Of a DNA stretch of 58,213 nucleotides, positions 20,021 to 31,302 are shown piece after piece (position 1 is the stretch's first letter; the number at the start of each line of letters is the position of its first letter). The notes below the pieces were generated by a model, which saw only the letters and a program-made list of their open reading frames with translations, searched no databases and was not told the origin of the DNA. Location of the stretch: contig DYJU01000004.1 of assembly GCA_020722985.1 (NCBI GenBank), forward strand, positions 1 to 58,213. The letters run 5' to 3'. Both the position numbers and the translations under genes were made by a program. Source of the DNA: Candidatus Methylomirabilis sp. (GTDB taxonomy: Bacteria; Oederibacteriota; PGYV01; DYJU01).

Positions 20021-20833
20021 ATGATATTAATAAGATTAATCAGTGAAACAATAAAAAAATTAAATATCAAAGGAAAATGTATTTGTCTGCATTCTTCTTT
20101 AAAATCGTTTGGTGATGAAATAGAAGGCGGGGTTTTATCTTTAATTAATGTTTTTTTAGATTATGGTTGCACAATTATAGTGCCTACTTTTTCTTATAAA
20201 TTTTTAATAAATCCGCCTGATGAAAAAAGATACAAAAAAAATGGATATAATTATTCTATAAAAATAGATGAAAGTAATGAAATTTTTACAACTTCCTCTA
20301 ATGAGATTTCCAGAAAAGATATGGGGTTAATACCATATACAATATTGCAGATGAAAGAAAGAATACGTGGAAATCATCCTGTTTGCTCTTTTTCTGGCAT
20401 AGGACCATTTGCAAGCGAAATTATAAAAACACAAAAACCGATGGATGTATTTGCGCCTTTAAGGGAACTTGCACTATTTAATGGTTATATACTCTTAATG
20501 GGCGTTGATTTAAATAGATTAACTGCATTGCATCTTGCGGAGCAGATGACAGGCAGGAAAATGTTTATAAGATGGGCAAGAGATACAAATGAAAATCCGA
20601 TAGAAATTGAATGTGGTGGATGTTCAGAAGGATTTGTTAATTTTAATGCTTTTTTGTATGATGTTGATAAAAAAGTTTTAGTGGGTAAAAGTTTATGGCG
20701 GTTATTTTCAATTAATGCTTTATTAAAAAAAGCAGCAAGAGTTATTCAATTAAAACCTGAAATTACTCGGTGTAATGACGAGAAATGTATAAGATGCCCA
20801 GATGCAATAGCAGGAGGACCAGTGCTTGAATGA
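20021..20833 (+). CDS. AAC(3)/YokD-family N-acetyltransferase
   Basis: LHSSLKS, VPTF, HPVCSF, TALHLAE. Confidence 0.85.
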   Translation: MILIRLISETIKKLNIKGKCICLHSSLKSFGDEIEGGVLSLINVFLDYGCTIIVPTFSYKFLINPPDEKRYKKNGYNYSIKIDESNEIFTTSSNEISRKDMGLIPYTILQMKERIRGNHPVCSFSGIGPFASEIIKTQKPMDVFAPLRELALFNGYILLMGVDLNRLTALHLAEQMTGRKMFIRWARDTNENPIEIECGGCSEGFVNFNAFLYDVDKKVLVGKSLWRLFSINALLKKAARVIQLKPEITRCNDEKCIRCPDAIAGGPVLE

Positions 20834-21004
20834 AAATATGTTAGGTGTTGAGTAAAAAATTGAGATTTACCGTTTTTTATTTTCGATTTGAAATTAATAA
20901 TAAAAAGTTTCAAACAATAAAAATTCTTTACTTTTTATGAATTTTTTATATAATATTTTTTAATTTGACTAAATTTTTTTGACTAAATAAAAGAGGAGCC
21001 TGGA

Positions 21005-22453
21005 TTGACTAAAAAAAGGTATCCACAGTTTTTCCCTTTAAAAGAATTTGATAATTACCAGCCGAACACATTAGATTTTAAAACTCTTAATTTAAAAATT
21101 AAAACCCTCCAAAATTCTCTTAAAAATTCTGAAGAAATGTATAAAAAAGTTATAATGACATCAAATGAAGCAATTTTTATAATTGATAAAAATTATAATA
21201 TATTATTTTCTTCAGAAAAAGCAATTCAGATGTTTGGTTTTTTACAAGATAGAGACATAGAAGGTAAAAATTTTTTTGAATTGGTTTTTCAACCAAATAT
21301 TAAAAAGATAAAAAGAATTTTTAAAAGAGCATTTAGAGAAGGTTTTGTAGGTGGAGAAACAGGAAGATTTATTAAAAAACGTGATGTATTCGTTGGAGTT
21401 ATGAATATTGCGAGAATACATAATGCTGAAAATATTCCATTTGCTTTAGTGTTAACTATAAATAAAATAAGATTTGAAAATAAATTAAAGTTATATGAAA
21501 CTATTTTTAATAAATTAAACGATGCAATTGTTTTGCATACAATTGATAATAATAAATTAGGGAAATTTTTTGAAGTAAATGAAACTGCATGCGAACAATT
21601 AGGTTTAACAAGAGATGAAATAATTAAAAAAAACCCTTTTGATTTTTATGAAAATTTTAATAAAAAAAATTTCAATAATGTTTTGCAAAGATTAAAAAAA
21701 GAAAAAAAAGCAATTTTTGAGGTTTCTATAAAAAAATCAAATTGCGATGTTATGATGTATGAAGTTAACGCACATATGATTCAATATAACGAAAAGCCAG
21801 TTGTTTTATCCATAGTGAAAGATATAGGTGAAGGAAAATATTTTTTAAATAAAATAGAAAAAGATTTTATAGTCGTGAAAAAAATTATGGATGGCATCAT
21901 AACTGCGATGGAAAAATTAGTTGAAAAAAAAGATTTATATACTGTTGGACACCAGAGAAGAACAGCAGAACTTGCAAAATTTTTAGCAAAAGAATATGGT
22001 ATGTCTGATAATCAGGCAGAAGGGATATACATTGCCGCTATAATTCATGACATAGGTAAAATTTTTATATCAAGTTCTATTTTAAATAAACCAGAAAAAC
22101 TCACGGAAAATGAGTATGAAATAATTAAAAAACATCCCGAAGAGGGATATAATATTTTAAAATCAATTTATTTTCCCTGGCCAATTGCGAAGATAGTTTA
22201 CCAGCATCACGAAAGAATAAATGGAACAGGTTATCCGCTGGGGTTAAAAGGAGATAAAATTTTATTAGAGGCAAAAATAATAGGTATTTCTGATGTTGTT
22301 GAAGCGATGACATTTAAAAGACCATATAGAAAAGGACTCGGGATAAATAAGGCATTAGATGAAATAATGAAAAATAAGAGCAAATTATATGATGAAGACA
22401 TCAGCAATTTGTGTTTTGAAGTTTTTAGAAAAGGCAAATTTAAATTTAAATAG
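21005..22453 (+). CDS. PAS-domain HD-GYP cyclic di-nucleotide phosphodiesterase
   Basis: Two PAS-like regions, HDIGK, HHERINGTGYP, RPYR; TTG start with GAGGAG SD. Confidence 0.92.
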   Translation: MTKKRYPQFFPLKEFDNYQPNTLDFKTLNLKIKTLQNSLKNSEEMYKKVIMTSNEAIFIIDKNYNILFSSEKAIQMFGFLQDRDIEGKNFFELVFQPNIKKIKRIFKRAFREGFVGGETGRFIKKRDVFVGVMNIARIHNAENIPFALVLTINKIRFENKLKLYETIFNKLNDAIVLHTIDNNKLGKFFEVNETACEQLGLTRDEIIKKNPFDFYENFNKKNFNNVLQRLKKEKKAIFEVSIKKSNCDVMMYEVNAHMIQYNEKPVVLSIVKDIGEGKYFLNKIEKDFIVVKKIMDGIITAMEKLVEKKDLYTVGHQRRTAELAKFLAKEYGMSDNQAEGIYIAAIIHDIGKIFISSSILNKPEKLTENEYEIIKKHPEEGYNILKSIYFPWPIAKIVYQHHERINGTGYPLGLKGDKILLEAKIIGISDVVEAMTFKRPYRKGLGINKALDEIMKNKSKLYDEDISNLCFEVFRKGKFKFK

Positions 22454-22536
22454 TATAAAAAATAACTTGTAAAAACATATAAATTCTATATAATAAAAAT
22501 ATAATTCCTATAAAAAAATTAAAAATGAGGTGTTTA

Positions 22537-22779
22537 ATGGCAAAGGCAAAAGTATATGTTACTTTTAAAGATGGCGTTTTAGAACCACAGGGAAAAACAG
22601 TAAATGCCGCACTTTTAAAAATGGGATATAAAAATATAAAAGATGTAAGAATAGGTAAATTTATTGAAATTGAAATAGAAAATGGTGATAAAAAAAAGAT
22701 AAAAAAAGAAATTGATGAAATATGTGACAGGTTGCTTGCAAATCCAAATATTGAAAAATATGATTTTGAGATTGAGTGA
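22537..22779 (+). CDS. purS: FGAM synthase subunit PurS
   Basis: VLEPQG, VRIGK, LLANP; ATG 22537 follows a GAGGTG SD. Confidence 0.95.
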   Translation: MAKAKVYVTFKDGVLEPQGKTVNAALLKMGYKNIKDVRIGKFIEIEIENGDKKKIKKEIDEICDRLLANPNIEKYDFEIE

Positions 22780-22780
22780 T

Positions 22781-23491
22781 ATGGGGAAAAAAATAAAATT
22801 TGGAGTTGTTGTTTTTCCCGGGTCTAATTGTGATGCTGATTGTTTATGGGCAGTAAGAGATATTTTAAATCAGGATGCGGAATTTATATGGCACGAATCT
22901 AAGAATATAAAAAAATATGATTGTCTTATTTTCCCCGGGGGCTTTTCTTACGGCGATTATTTAAGAAGTGGAGCTATAGCGCGTTTTTCAAAAGTTATGG
23001 AAAGTATAAATGAATTTGCAAATAAAAAAAATAAATTTATAATAGGAATATGCAATGGCTTTCAGATTTTGCTGGAAGCAGGACTTTTGCCAGGAACTAT
23101 GTTGCATAATAAAAATTTAAAATTTATATGTGAATATGTGAATGTTATTGTTGAAAACAACGAAACACCTTTTACAAATAAATGCGAAAAGGGGCAGGTT
23201 CTGAAGATACCTGTTGCTCATGGTGAAGGAAACTATTTTTGCGATGAAAGAACATTAAATACATTAATCGCAACGGAAAAAATTGCTTTCAGATATTGTG
23301 ATATAAATGGAAATATAACAGATGAGGCAAATATTAATGGTTCTGTATATAATATCGCAGGAATAATGAATACAAAAGAGAACATATTAGGGATGATGCC
23401 ACATCCTGAAAGAGCAATGATAAAAGATTTAGGTTCGGAAGATGGTAAACTGATATGGGAATCTCTTATTAATTATATCAAAAAAAGTTAA
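22781..23491 (+). CDS. purQ: FGAM synthase glutaminase subunit PurQ
   Basis: [31 protein letters not shown]; ATG 22781 directly after the purS stop. Confidence 0.97.
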   Translation: MGKKIKFGVVVFPGSNCDADCLWAVRDILNQDAEFIWHESKNIKKYDCLIFPGGFSYGDYLRSGAIARFSKVMESINEFANKKNKFIIGICNGFQILLEAGLLPGTMLHNKNLKFICEYVNVIVENNETPFTNKCEKGQVLKIPVAHGEGNYFCDERTLNTLIATEKIAFRYCDINGNITDEANINGSVYNIAGIMNTKENILGMMPHPERAMIKDLGSEDGKLIWESLINYIKKS

Positions 23492-23502
23492 AAAGGTAAA
23501 AA

Positions 23503-25764
23503 ATGCAAAATTATAATGTTGAAATAACAGATGAAATTTTAAAAGAACATAATTTAAAAAAAGAAGAATACGAAAACATATTAAAAATATTAGGCAGAAA
23601 ACCAAATATAGTTGAATTGGGTGTTTTTTCTGCAATGTGGTCAGAACACTGTAGTTATAAACATTCAAAACCAGTTTTAAAAAAATTTCCAACAAAAGGC
23701 AAATATGTTTTACAGGGACCAGGAGAAAATGCGGGAATCATAGATACTGGATTTGATATAGGAGTTGCATTTAAAATAGAATCCCATAATCATCCGTCTT
23801 CTGTGGAACCATTTCAGGGGGCTGCAACAGGAGTAGGTGGTATATTGAGAGATATTTTTACAATGGGAGCAAGACCTGTTGCTATTTTGGATTCTTTAAG
23901 ATTCGGGAATTTAAATACTTTTAAAACTCAGCATCTTTTAAAAGGAGTTGTAAGCGGAATTGCTTTTTATGGAAATTGTGTTGGAGTTCCAACCGTTGCT
24001 GGTGAAACATTTTTTGAAGATGCCTATCAGGATAATTGTCTGGTTAATGCAATGACAATTGGAATAGTAAATAAAAAAAAGATAAAAAAAGGCATAGCGA
24101 AAGGCCCAGGGAATCCAGTAATGTATATTGGAGCTTTAACCGGCAGAGATGGGATACACGGAGCGTCATTTGCTTCAGCAGAACTTACTGAAGAAAATCA
24201 GAAAAGACGTTCTTCGGTTCAGGTTGCAGATCCTTTTATGGAAAAACTTTTACTGGAAGCAACTTTAGAACTTATTGATAAAAATTTAATAATTGGGATT
24301 CAGGATATGGGGGCTGCTGGACTTACCTCATCTTCTTCTGAGATGGCATACAGGGCAGGAACAGGGGTTGAAATTGATATAGATAAAGTTCCAAAAAGAG
24401 AATTAAATATGAACGCTTATGAAGTTTTGCTTTCTGAATCTCAGGAAAGAATGTTGCTTGTTTGCAAAAAGGGAAATGAAAAAAAAGTAGAAAAAATTTT
24501 AAAAAAATGGGGCTTACATGCTGTGAAAATTGGCAGAGTAATAAAAGAACAGCAGTTCAGGATTTATGAAAAAGGTAAAATTGTTGCAGATATACCTGTG
24601 AGGGCTTTAACCGATAGTAACTACAAATATTTTCCCTTAAAAAAGCAAAAAGGAGTAAAACCTGCGTATTTAAAAGATATAAATATTAAAATAGATGATA
24701 TAAAAATACCAGAAGATTTGGAAAGCGTTTTAAAAAAACTAATTTCTTCACCAAATATTGCTTGCAAATCAAATATCTGGCGACAGTATGACCATATGGT
24801 TCAGACAAATACTTTTACTTTACCAGGTTCTGATTCAGCAGTTATCAATATAAAAGATAAAGATTTGATGATTGCAACATCGGTTGATGGAAATGGGCGA
24901 TATGTTTACCTTGATCCATTTTTAGGTGGAATGGCAGCAGTTGTAGAAGCAGCAAGGAATGTAAGTATGAGTGGAGCACAGCCAGTTGCTTTTACAAATT
25001 GTCTTAATTTTGGGAACCCCGAGGATCCAGAGATATTTTATCAATTTAAAAAAGCAGTGGAAGGAATGGCGTATGCGGCTAAAAAATTAAATACACCAGT
25101 TATAAGCGGTAATGTCAGTTTTTATAATGAAAGTCCTGAAAATGCAATTTATCCAACCCCTGTCGTTGGTATGGTTGGATATATAAAAGGTAAAAATAAA
25201 AGATATGCAAAACAATATTTTAAAAATGAAGGGGATATAATTGTATTATTGGGTGAGATAAAGGAAGAAATAGGAGCATCTGAATATTTAAAAGAAATTC
25301 ATAATTTGATAAAAGGACCAGTTCCTGCGATTGATTTAAAAAGAGAAATAAATTTACAAAAGACATGCGTGGAAGGTATTAAAAAAGAAATTATAATTTC
25401 TGCTCATGATATTAGCAAAGGCGGATTAGCAATTGCTCTTGTTGAATGTTGTATATCAGGTAGTTTACATGGCAATAAAGCCATAGGTGCATATATTGAA
25501 TTACAAAGCGATATAAGAGTTGATGCTCTTTTATTCGGTGAAACTCAATCACGGGCGATAGTAACAGTGAAAAGAGAAAATTTATTAAAGTTAAAGCGTA
25601 TCGCATCAAAGAATAAAATAATAGCAACGGAAATCGGGAAAACAGGTGGAAACAGATTAATAATAAATATTGATTGGGCTTCTAAAAAATATTCTAAAAA
25701 ATTAAATATAGATATTGATGAAATTAAAAAATTATGGATGTCAGGAGTAAATGAATATGTATAA
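23503..25764 (+). CDS. purL: FGAM synthase subunit PurL
   Basis: [28 protein letters not shown]. Confidence 0.98.
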   Translation: MQNYNVEITDEILKEHNLKKEEYENILKILGRKPNIVELGVFSAMWSEHCSYKHSKPVLKKFPTKGKYVLQGPGENAGIIDTGFDIGVAFKIESHNHPSSVEPFQGAATGVGGILRDIFTMGARPVAILDSLRFGNLNTFKTQHLLKGVVSGIAFYGNCVGVPTVAGETFFEDAYQDNCLVNAMTIGIVNKKKIKKGIAKGPGNPVMYIGALTGRDGIHGASFASAELTEENQKRRSSVQVADPFMEKLLLEATLELIDKNLIIGIQDMGAAGLTSSSSEMAYRAGTGVEIDIDKVPKRELNMNAYEVLLSESQERMLLVCKKGNEKKVEKILKKWGLHAVKIGRVIKEQQFRIYEKGKIVADIPVRALTDSNYKYFPLKKQKGVKPAYLKDINIKIDDIKIPEDLESVLKKLISSPNIACKSNIWRQYDHMVQTNTFTLPGSDSAVINIKDKDLMIATSVDGNGRYVYLDPFLGGMAAVVEAARNVSMSGAQPVAFTNCLNFGNPEDPEIFYQFKKAVEGMAYAAKKLNTPVISGNVSFYNESPENAIYPTPVVGMVGYIKGKNKRYAKQYFKNEGDIIVLLGEIKEEIGASEYLKEIHNLIKGPVPAIDLKREINLQKTCVEGIKKEIIISAHDISKGGLAIALVECCISGSLHGNKAIGAYIELQSDIRVDALLFGETQSRAIVTVKRENLLKLKRIASKNKIIATEIGKTGGNRLIINIDWASKKYSKKLNIDIDEIKKLWMSGVNEYV

Positions 25765-27154
25765 AGATAAAATAAAAGAGGCTTGTGGAATAATTGGAAT
25801 TTATGGACACGACGAGGCAGCTAAACTTGCTTATTTAGGGCTTTATGCTTTACAACATAGGGGACAGGAAAGCGCAGGAATTGTAACTATTGATTCATCA
25901 GGTAAATCATATGAAATAAAGGAGATGGGATTAGTATCAGAAATTTTTGATGAAAAAAAATTAAATTATTTAAAGGGTAATAAAGCTATAGGACACGTGC
26001 GTTATTCAACCACAGGTTCTACGACGATTGAAAATGCACAGCCAATAAAAGTAAATTATATAAATGGACCACTTGCTGTTGCACATAATGGGAATCTTAT
26101 TAATTCTCAGGAAATAAGATTTGCTCTTGAAAAAAGTGGATCAATTTTTGAATCAACCGTGGATAGTGAAATTTTGGTTCATCTTATTGCTAAAAATAAT
26201 ATGTATGACTTTGTTGAAGCAGTTAAAAATTCATTAAAAGAATTAAAGGGCGCTTTTTCATTTGTTATTTTGAATAAAGATTTTTTAATAGCAGCCAGGG
26301 ACCCGAATGGTTTCAGACCACTGGAAGTTGGACAGATTGACGGGACTTATATAGTTGCATCTGAAACATGCGCTTTTGATCTGTTAAATGCAAAAAGAAT
26401 TTTCACAGTTGAACCTGGTGAAATTGTGGTTTTTTCGAAAGATGGAGTTAAAACAGAAAAATTTGCAGAAAGACAGAGAAGTGCAATGTGTGTTTTTGAA
26501 TTTATTTATTTTGCAAGACCGGATAGTTTTATCTTTAATAGGACCGTAAATGATATAAGAAGGGAATTAGGAAGGCAGTTAGGTAAAGAAGCACCCTGCG
26601 AAGCTGATGTAGTAATACCTGTTCCTGATTCGGGGGTGATTGCTGCAATAGGATATTCAGAAACAACAGGAATAAAATATGACATGGGTTTAATAAGAAA
26701 TCATTATATTGGAAGAACATTTATAGAACCAGAGCAGGCAATAAGGGATTTTGGAGTTAAATTAAAGTTAAATTCTGTTCGTGAAATTTTAGAAGGAAAA
26801 AGGGTTGTTGTTATAGATGATTCAATTGTTCGCGGGACAACGAGTAGAAAAATTGCAAAAATGATAAAACAAGCAGGTGCTAAAGAAATTCATTACAGGA
26901 TTTCATCCCCACCCATTTTTAATCCGTGTTTTTATGGAATGGATTTTCCAACAAGAACAGAACTTATAGCAAATAACCATACAATAGAAGAAATAAGAAA
27001 ATACCTTCGCGTGGATTCTCTGGCTTACCTTTCTTTAGATGGTTTGATAAAAGCAATCGGTGGCAAAAAAGATAAATTTTGTATGGCTTGCTTTGATGGG
27101 GATTATCCTTTACCATTTGATAATAAACAGAATAAATTTATGTTTGAAAAATAA
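25751..27154 (+). CDS. purF: Amidophosphoribosyltransferase
   Basis: Propeptide then [21 protein letters not shown]-terminal CMAC. Confidence 0.98.
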   Translation: MNMYKDKIKEACGIIGIYGHDEAAKLAYLGLYALQHRGQESAGIVTIDSSGKSYEIKEMGLVSEIFDEKKLNYLKGNKAIGHVRYSTTGSTTIENAQPIKVNYINGPLAVAHNGNLINSQEIRFALEKSGSIFESTVDSEILVHLIAKNNMYDFVEAVKNSLKELKGAFSFVILNKDFLIAARDPNGFRPLEVGQIDGTYIVASETCAFDLLNAKRIFTVEPGEIVVFSKDGVKTEKFAERQRSAMCVFEFIYFARPDSFIFNRTVNDIRRELGRQLGKEAPCEADVVIPVPDSGVIAAIGYSETTGIKYDMGLIRNHYIGRTFIEPEQAIRDFGVKLKLNSVREILEGKRVVVIDDSIVRGTTSRKIAKMIKQAGAKEIHYRISSPPIFNPCFYGMDFPTRTELIANNHTIEEIRKYLRVDSLAYLSLDGLIKAIGGKKDKFCMACFDGDYPLPFDNKQNKFMFEK

Positions 27155-27171
27155 GTTAAAAAAGGGTTTTT

Positions 27172-28269
27172 ATGTTTAAAAAACTTAAAGTAAAAGTAGG
27201 TGCAAACAGGGATTATGATATTTTAATCGGAAGTGGAATTTTGGATAAAATAAATGAAATTATTAATCCGCTAAAATTGGGAGATAGTATATATATTATT
27301 ACAAATACTAAGGTCGCAAGGTTATATTTAAAAAGAATATTATCAGTATTAAAAAATGGAAATTATAAAGAGATAAGAACAGGTATTATAAAAGAAGGAG
27401 AAAAATATAAAAATTTTGATTCTTACAAAAAGTTGATAGGGCAACTTGTTGAATATAATAAAAAAGATAATAAGATATTTATAATAAATTTAGGTGGTGG
27501 GGTTATAGGGGATTTAGGAGGTTTTGTTGCTCATACTTTTAAAAGAGGTATAAGTTATGTGCAGATACCAACTTCGCTTTTAGCTTTTGTTGATAGTGGT
27601 ATAGGTGGAAAAGTCGGAATTGATTTTAATGATACCAAAAATATAGTTGGTGGATTTTATCAGCCACGGATTGTTATTGGCGACATTGATGTTCTTAAAA
27701 CTCTAGATAAAAGAGAAATCAAATCAGCACTTGCCGAGGTTGTAAAATACGGTGCAATATATTCTAAAGATTTTTTTTATTTCATTGAAAAAAATGTTAA
27801 TAAAGTTTTTAATTTTGATAAAAAAGTTTTATTTGAAATAGTTAAAGAAAGTTATAAAATAAAAGCAGATATAGTAAGCAGGGATGAATTTGATACAAAG
27901 GGCATAAGAGTAAAATTAAATTATGGACATACAATAGGTCATGCAGTCGAAGCAGCCTCAAAATATAAATACAAACATGGTGAGGCAGTTTCAATCGGTA
28001 TTATATGCGCAAATGATATAGCAGTAAGGTTGGGCTTATTAAAAAAAGATATAGCTTTAAAGATAGAAAATCTTCTTTTGCAAATTGGTTTGCCGAATAA
28101 AATAAAGAATTGCAAAATAGAAAATATTATGAAACATTTCTGGAGTGATAAAAAATTTATAACAGGAAAAAATCGTTTTGTATTTATAATAGATATAGGG
28201 AAAGTAATTATTAAAGAAAACCTGCCAGAAGAATTAATAAAAAAAGTTATAAGAAAAAGATTTGTATAA
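27172..28269 (+). CDS. aroB: 3-dehydroquinate synthase
   Basis: GGGVIGDLGGF, PTSLLA.VDSGIGGK, LNYGHTIGHAVE, HGEAV. Confidence 0.96.
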   Translation: MFKKLKVKVGANRDYDILIGSGILDKINEIINPLKLGDSIYIITNTKVARLYLKRILSVLKNGNYKEIRTGIIKEGEKYKNFDSYKKLIGQLVEYNKKDNKIFIINLGGGVIGDLGGFVAHTFKRGISYVQIPTSLLAFVDSGIGGKVGIDFNDTKNIVGGFYQPRIVIGDIDVLKTLDKREIKSALAEVVKYGAIYSKDFFYFIEKNVNKVFNFDKKVLFEIVKESYKIKADIVSRDEFDTKGIRVKLNYGHTIGHAVEAASKYKYKHGEAVSIGIICANDIAVRLGLLKKDIALKIENLLLQIGLPNKIKNCKIENIMKHFWSDKKFITGKNRFVFIIDIGKVIIKENLPEELIKKVIRKRFV

Positions 28270-28275
28270 AAAATT

Positions 28276-28466
28276 GTAATAATTTAGCCACTTATAGAAC
28301 AAAGTTTGTCCATTGCGTCTATCTACAACTGCAAGATCGTTTCCTTAAGTCTTATATTGCCATTATTTTTTAAACTTATCTTTCGGTTTCATTGCGATAA
28401 CACCTTTAAGAATTTTTATAAGTATTTAAATTTTTACAAAGTTACTCAATGTGGCTGAACTATTAT
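28276..28466 (-). mobile_element. MITE-like element, internally deleted copy (~190 bp)
   Basis: Ends GTAATAATTTAGCCAC and GTGGCTGAACTATTAT; subterminal TTTGTTCTATAAGTGGCT matches 47615-47632. Confidence 0.8.
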
Positions 28467-28558
28467 TTAAATTTTTTCAAAAATACTTATCCCCTAGTAT
28501 TTTTTTAAGATTTGGATAAAGATTAATTTATTAAAGTGAAATTTTTTATATTTCGATT

Positions 28559-28586
28559 GTAAATCGCAAGCCGTAAATCGTAAATT
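28559..28586. repeat. Short heptamer tandem repeat
   Basis: GTAAATC GCAAGCC GTAAATC GTAAATT. Confidence 0.4.
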
Positions 28587-28597
28587 ATTTTTAACAC

Positions 28598-30709
28598 TTA
28601 TTCGTTTTTTCTTGCTTCTTCTTCCTTTTTAATTTCTTCTGCCTGTTTCTTAGCTTTATCATATTCGTTAAAAGGCAGGTATTCATAATGAGAAAATTCC
28701 ATTTCAAAATATCCTTTACCTTTTGTCATACTATTTAAAGCAGAAAGATAGGTGAGCATTTCACTCTGGGGAACGTGAGCATTTATTACTGTTAAATTAT
28801 CAGAAAATTTTTCCATGCCTAAAACTTTTCCACGCCTTGTGCTTATATCGCTCATTATATTTCCTATATCATTTTCTTCAACATAAACTTTAACTTTTGC
28901 AATCGGCTCCAATATAACAGGTTTTGCGGCTTCAATTGCAAGTTTTGTAGCGTGAAGCCCAGCGATTCTAAAAGATAAATCAGAAGAATCAACATCATGA
29001 TATGTGCCGTCATAGACATTAACTTTTAAATCAACAACAGGATAACCAGCAATAACACCTGAAAGGCATGCTTCTATTGCTCCTTTTTCAATTGCAGGTA
29101 TATAATTTTTAGGTATCGCACCGCCAAAGATTTCTTCTGTAAAAACAAAACCTTCATCTCTTTTTAAGGGTTCAATGCGTAAATATACTTCTCCGTATTG
29201 TCCGTGGCCGCCTGATTGTTTTTTATGTTTATAGTGGCCTTCGGCTTTTGAAGTTATGGTTTCTTTATATGAAACTCTGGGGACTCTTGTTTCAAAATTT
29301 AATTTATATCTGTGTTTTACCAGATCAAAAGCAATTCTTGCCTGAGTTTCTCCGGCGCAGGATACAACCACTTCTTTTGTAATATCATTATAAACATAAT
29401 TTATAGAAGGATCTTCTTTTATTATATTTTGAAAAACTTCTGAAAATTTATCCGCTGATTTTCTGTCGCTTGAATGCACAGCAACAAAATAAGATGGTTT
29501 TGGTGGTTTTAAAGGTTCATATACTATCGGGTTATCAATATCAGAAAGGGTTGTCCCGGTTTCAAAATTATCTTGCTTTGTAAAAACCATTATATCACCT
29601 GCTTTAAAAGTTTGAGTATCCCTTAAATTTTTGCCAACAGCGAGCCATAGGTGGGCAGGTTTTTCCTTTATATTTTTGGTTGAATTGAAAATTTCTTTTC
29701 CAAGAGTTAAAGTTCCTGAAATTATTTTACAATAAGATATCTTTCCAGCAAAGGGATCAATTCGTGTTTTAAAAATTATAGCACTCATTGGATCTGATGA
29801 ATTACATTTTCTTTTTATTTTTTGCTCAGGATTATTCGGAATATATCCTTCTTTTTCTTTAATAATTTCACAAGGTAAAGGGACATAATTAATAATTGTA
29901 TCAAGTAAATTTTTAATACCGAAAGTATTTAAGGCAGAACCGCATAAAACAGGAATTAATTTACCATCAAGCACGCTTGTCTTTAATCCAGTTTTGAACT
30001 CCTGCTCAGTGAGTTGTTCACCATTTAAATATTTTTCTGTGAGAGCATCATTTGATTCTGCAGAAACATCAAGTAATTTTTCTTTATATTTCAGTGCGAT
30101 GTTTTTTATATCGTTAGGCATTTCTGCTTCTTTTAAATTGTTTTTTTCAAAATAAAATGCTTTTAAATTTATTATATCCAATATACCTTTAAAATCTTTT
30201 CCTGCACCTATAGGGAGAAATAAAGGTAAAACAGTTTTTTTAAATTTCGCTGAGGCATCATCTAAAATTTTTTCAAAATTTATATTTTCTCCATCCATTT
30301 TGTTAATAAAAATGATTACAGGTATTTTATTTTCTTTTATAAGATTCCAGTTTCTTTCTGTGTCAATAGTTATTCCATCTTCTGCATTTATTGTAAAAAT
30401 TATTCCTTCAACAACTGAAGTTGCGCTTTTTATTTCAAAAACAAGGTCGGGGATTCCGGGAACATCTAAAATATTAATTTTATTATTCTGCCATTCAAGA
30501 TAAGCAAGTGAAATTTTTAGAGACATTTTTTTTGAAATTTCTTCCTCGTCAAAATCCATAACTGTATTGCCTTTTGTTATGTTTCCCATCTGTGAGATTT
30601 GGCTTGATAAAAAAAGTAAAGATTCGGCGAGTGTTGTTTTACCAACTCCCGGTGCGCCACATATAGCAATATTTCTGATTGAGCCAGTTTCAAATATTTT
30701 TTCTACCAT
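28598..30709 (-). CDS. Elongation factor G-like protein (EF-G2 type)
   Basis: GAPGVGKTT, DVPG, NKMD, HKKQSGGHGQY, YDGTYHDVDSS; lacks canonical RGITI; stands alone outside the str operon. Confidence 0.9.
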   Translation of the reverse strand: MVEKIFETGSIRNIAICGAPGVGKTTLAESLLFLSSQISQMGNITKGNTVMDFDEEEISKKMSLKISLAYLEWQNNKINILDVPGIPDLVFEIKSATSVVEGIIFTINAEDGITIDTERNWNLIKENKIPVIIFINKMDGENINFEKILDDASAKFKKTVLPLFLPIGAGKDFKGILDIINLKAFYFEKNNLKEAEMPNDIKNIALKYKEKLLDVSAESNDALTEKYLNGEQLTEQEFKTGLKTSVLDGKLIPVLCGSALNTFGIKNLLDTIINYVPLPCEIIKEKEGYIPNNPEQKIKRKCNSSDPMSAIIFKTRIDPFAGKISYCKIISGTLTLGKEIFNSTKNIKEKPAHLWLAVGKNLRDTQTFKAGDIMVFTKQDNFETGTTLSDIDNPIVYEPLKPPKPSYFVAVHSSDRKSADKFSEVFQNIIKEDPSINYVYNDITKEVVVSCAGETQARIAFDLVKHRYKLNFETRVPRVSYKETITSKAEGHYKHKKQSGGHGQYGEVYLRIEPLKRDEGFVFTEEIFGGAIPKNYIPAIEKGAIEACLSGVIAGYPVVDLKVNVYDGTYHDVDSSDLSFRIAGLHATKLAIEAAKPVILEPIAKVKVYVEENDIGNIMSDISTRRGKVLGMEKFSDNLTVINAHVPQSEMLTYLSALNSMTKGKGYFEMEFSHYEYLPFNEYDKAKKQAEEIKKEEEARKNE

Positions 30710-30811
30710 TTCAACACCTCCTTTAAAAATAAAATTTTAAAAATTATAACATATTTTATTAATAAATCTATTAAAAAAACACATTGTGTTGGGAATAAGG
30801 ATAGACCAAAA

Positions 30812-31137
30812 ATAATAGTTTAGTTAGTATTAAAAAAATTACTTTTTTATTATTTTTTAAACAACCCCATAATAATTTTAATATTTTCCATAATATTTAT
30901 GGTGTTGTTATTTTAAAGGCAGGCGAACGATAACCTTTATATTTTATAATCATGTTAATTGAGATTAACAAGTCAATCCTGATTTAATACCTTCTCAACT
31001 TATCTTTTTCCAACTTTACAACTGCCAGATTTCTTCCTTATGACTCATATTACCCTTATTTCCCCTACTGTACTTGCCTTTCGGCTTTCTTTCAATGGAG
31101 CATTTTTAAGAGTTTTCTACCAATAACTGAACTTTTA
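30812..31137 (-). mobile_element. Decayed MITE-like element copy
   Basis: On the - strand AAAATGCT..GAAAGCCGAAAG..AAATAAGGGTAATATGAG..GAAGAAATCTGGCAGTTG..GTTCGCCTG..AAAATAACAAC parallels 47390-47595 and 48120-48335; degenerate TIR ATAATAGTTTAG at 30812. Confidence 0.7.
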
Positions 31138-31164
31138 ATATATAAAAATATATTCAAGATAACC

Positions 31165-31193
31165 TTGAAAATATATAAAAATAGAGGTATAAT
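31165..31193 (+). promoter_or_regulatory. Candidate sigma70 promoter of the hisC-aro operon
   Basis: TTGAAA-17 nt-TATAAT. Confidence 0.55.
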
Positions 31194-31302
31194 AAAATGA
31201 TTTTATTAATAAATAATTATAAGTTTTGGAATAATAAAATCATAATATTAAATTATTAAATAAACCCCAAAACTTATCAAATTATAAAATTTTGGAGAAA
31301 GT

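Noticed and set aside
22454-22536. Purine/ZTP riboswitch or PurR box before purS
   Set aside because: The leader is short and almost pure A/T, with no recognisable motif
28268-28474. Target-site duplication around the 28276-28466 copy
   Set aside because: The flanks AAAAAATT and TTAAATTT do not match convincingly
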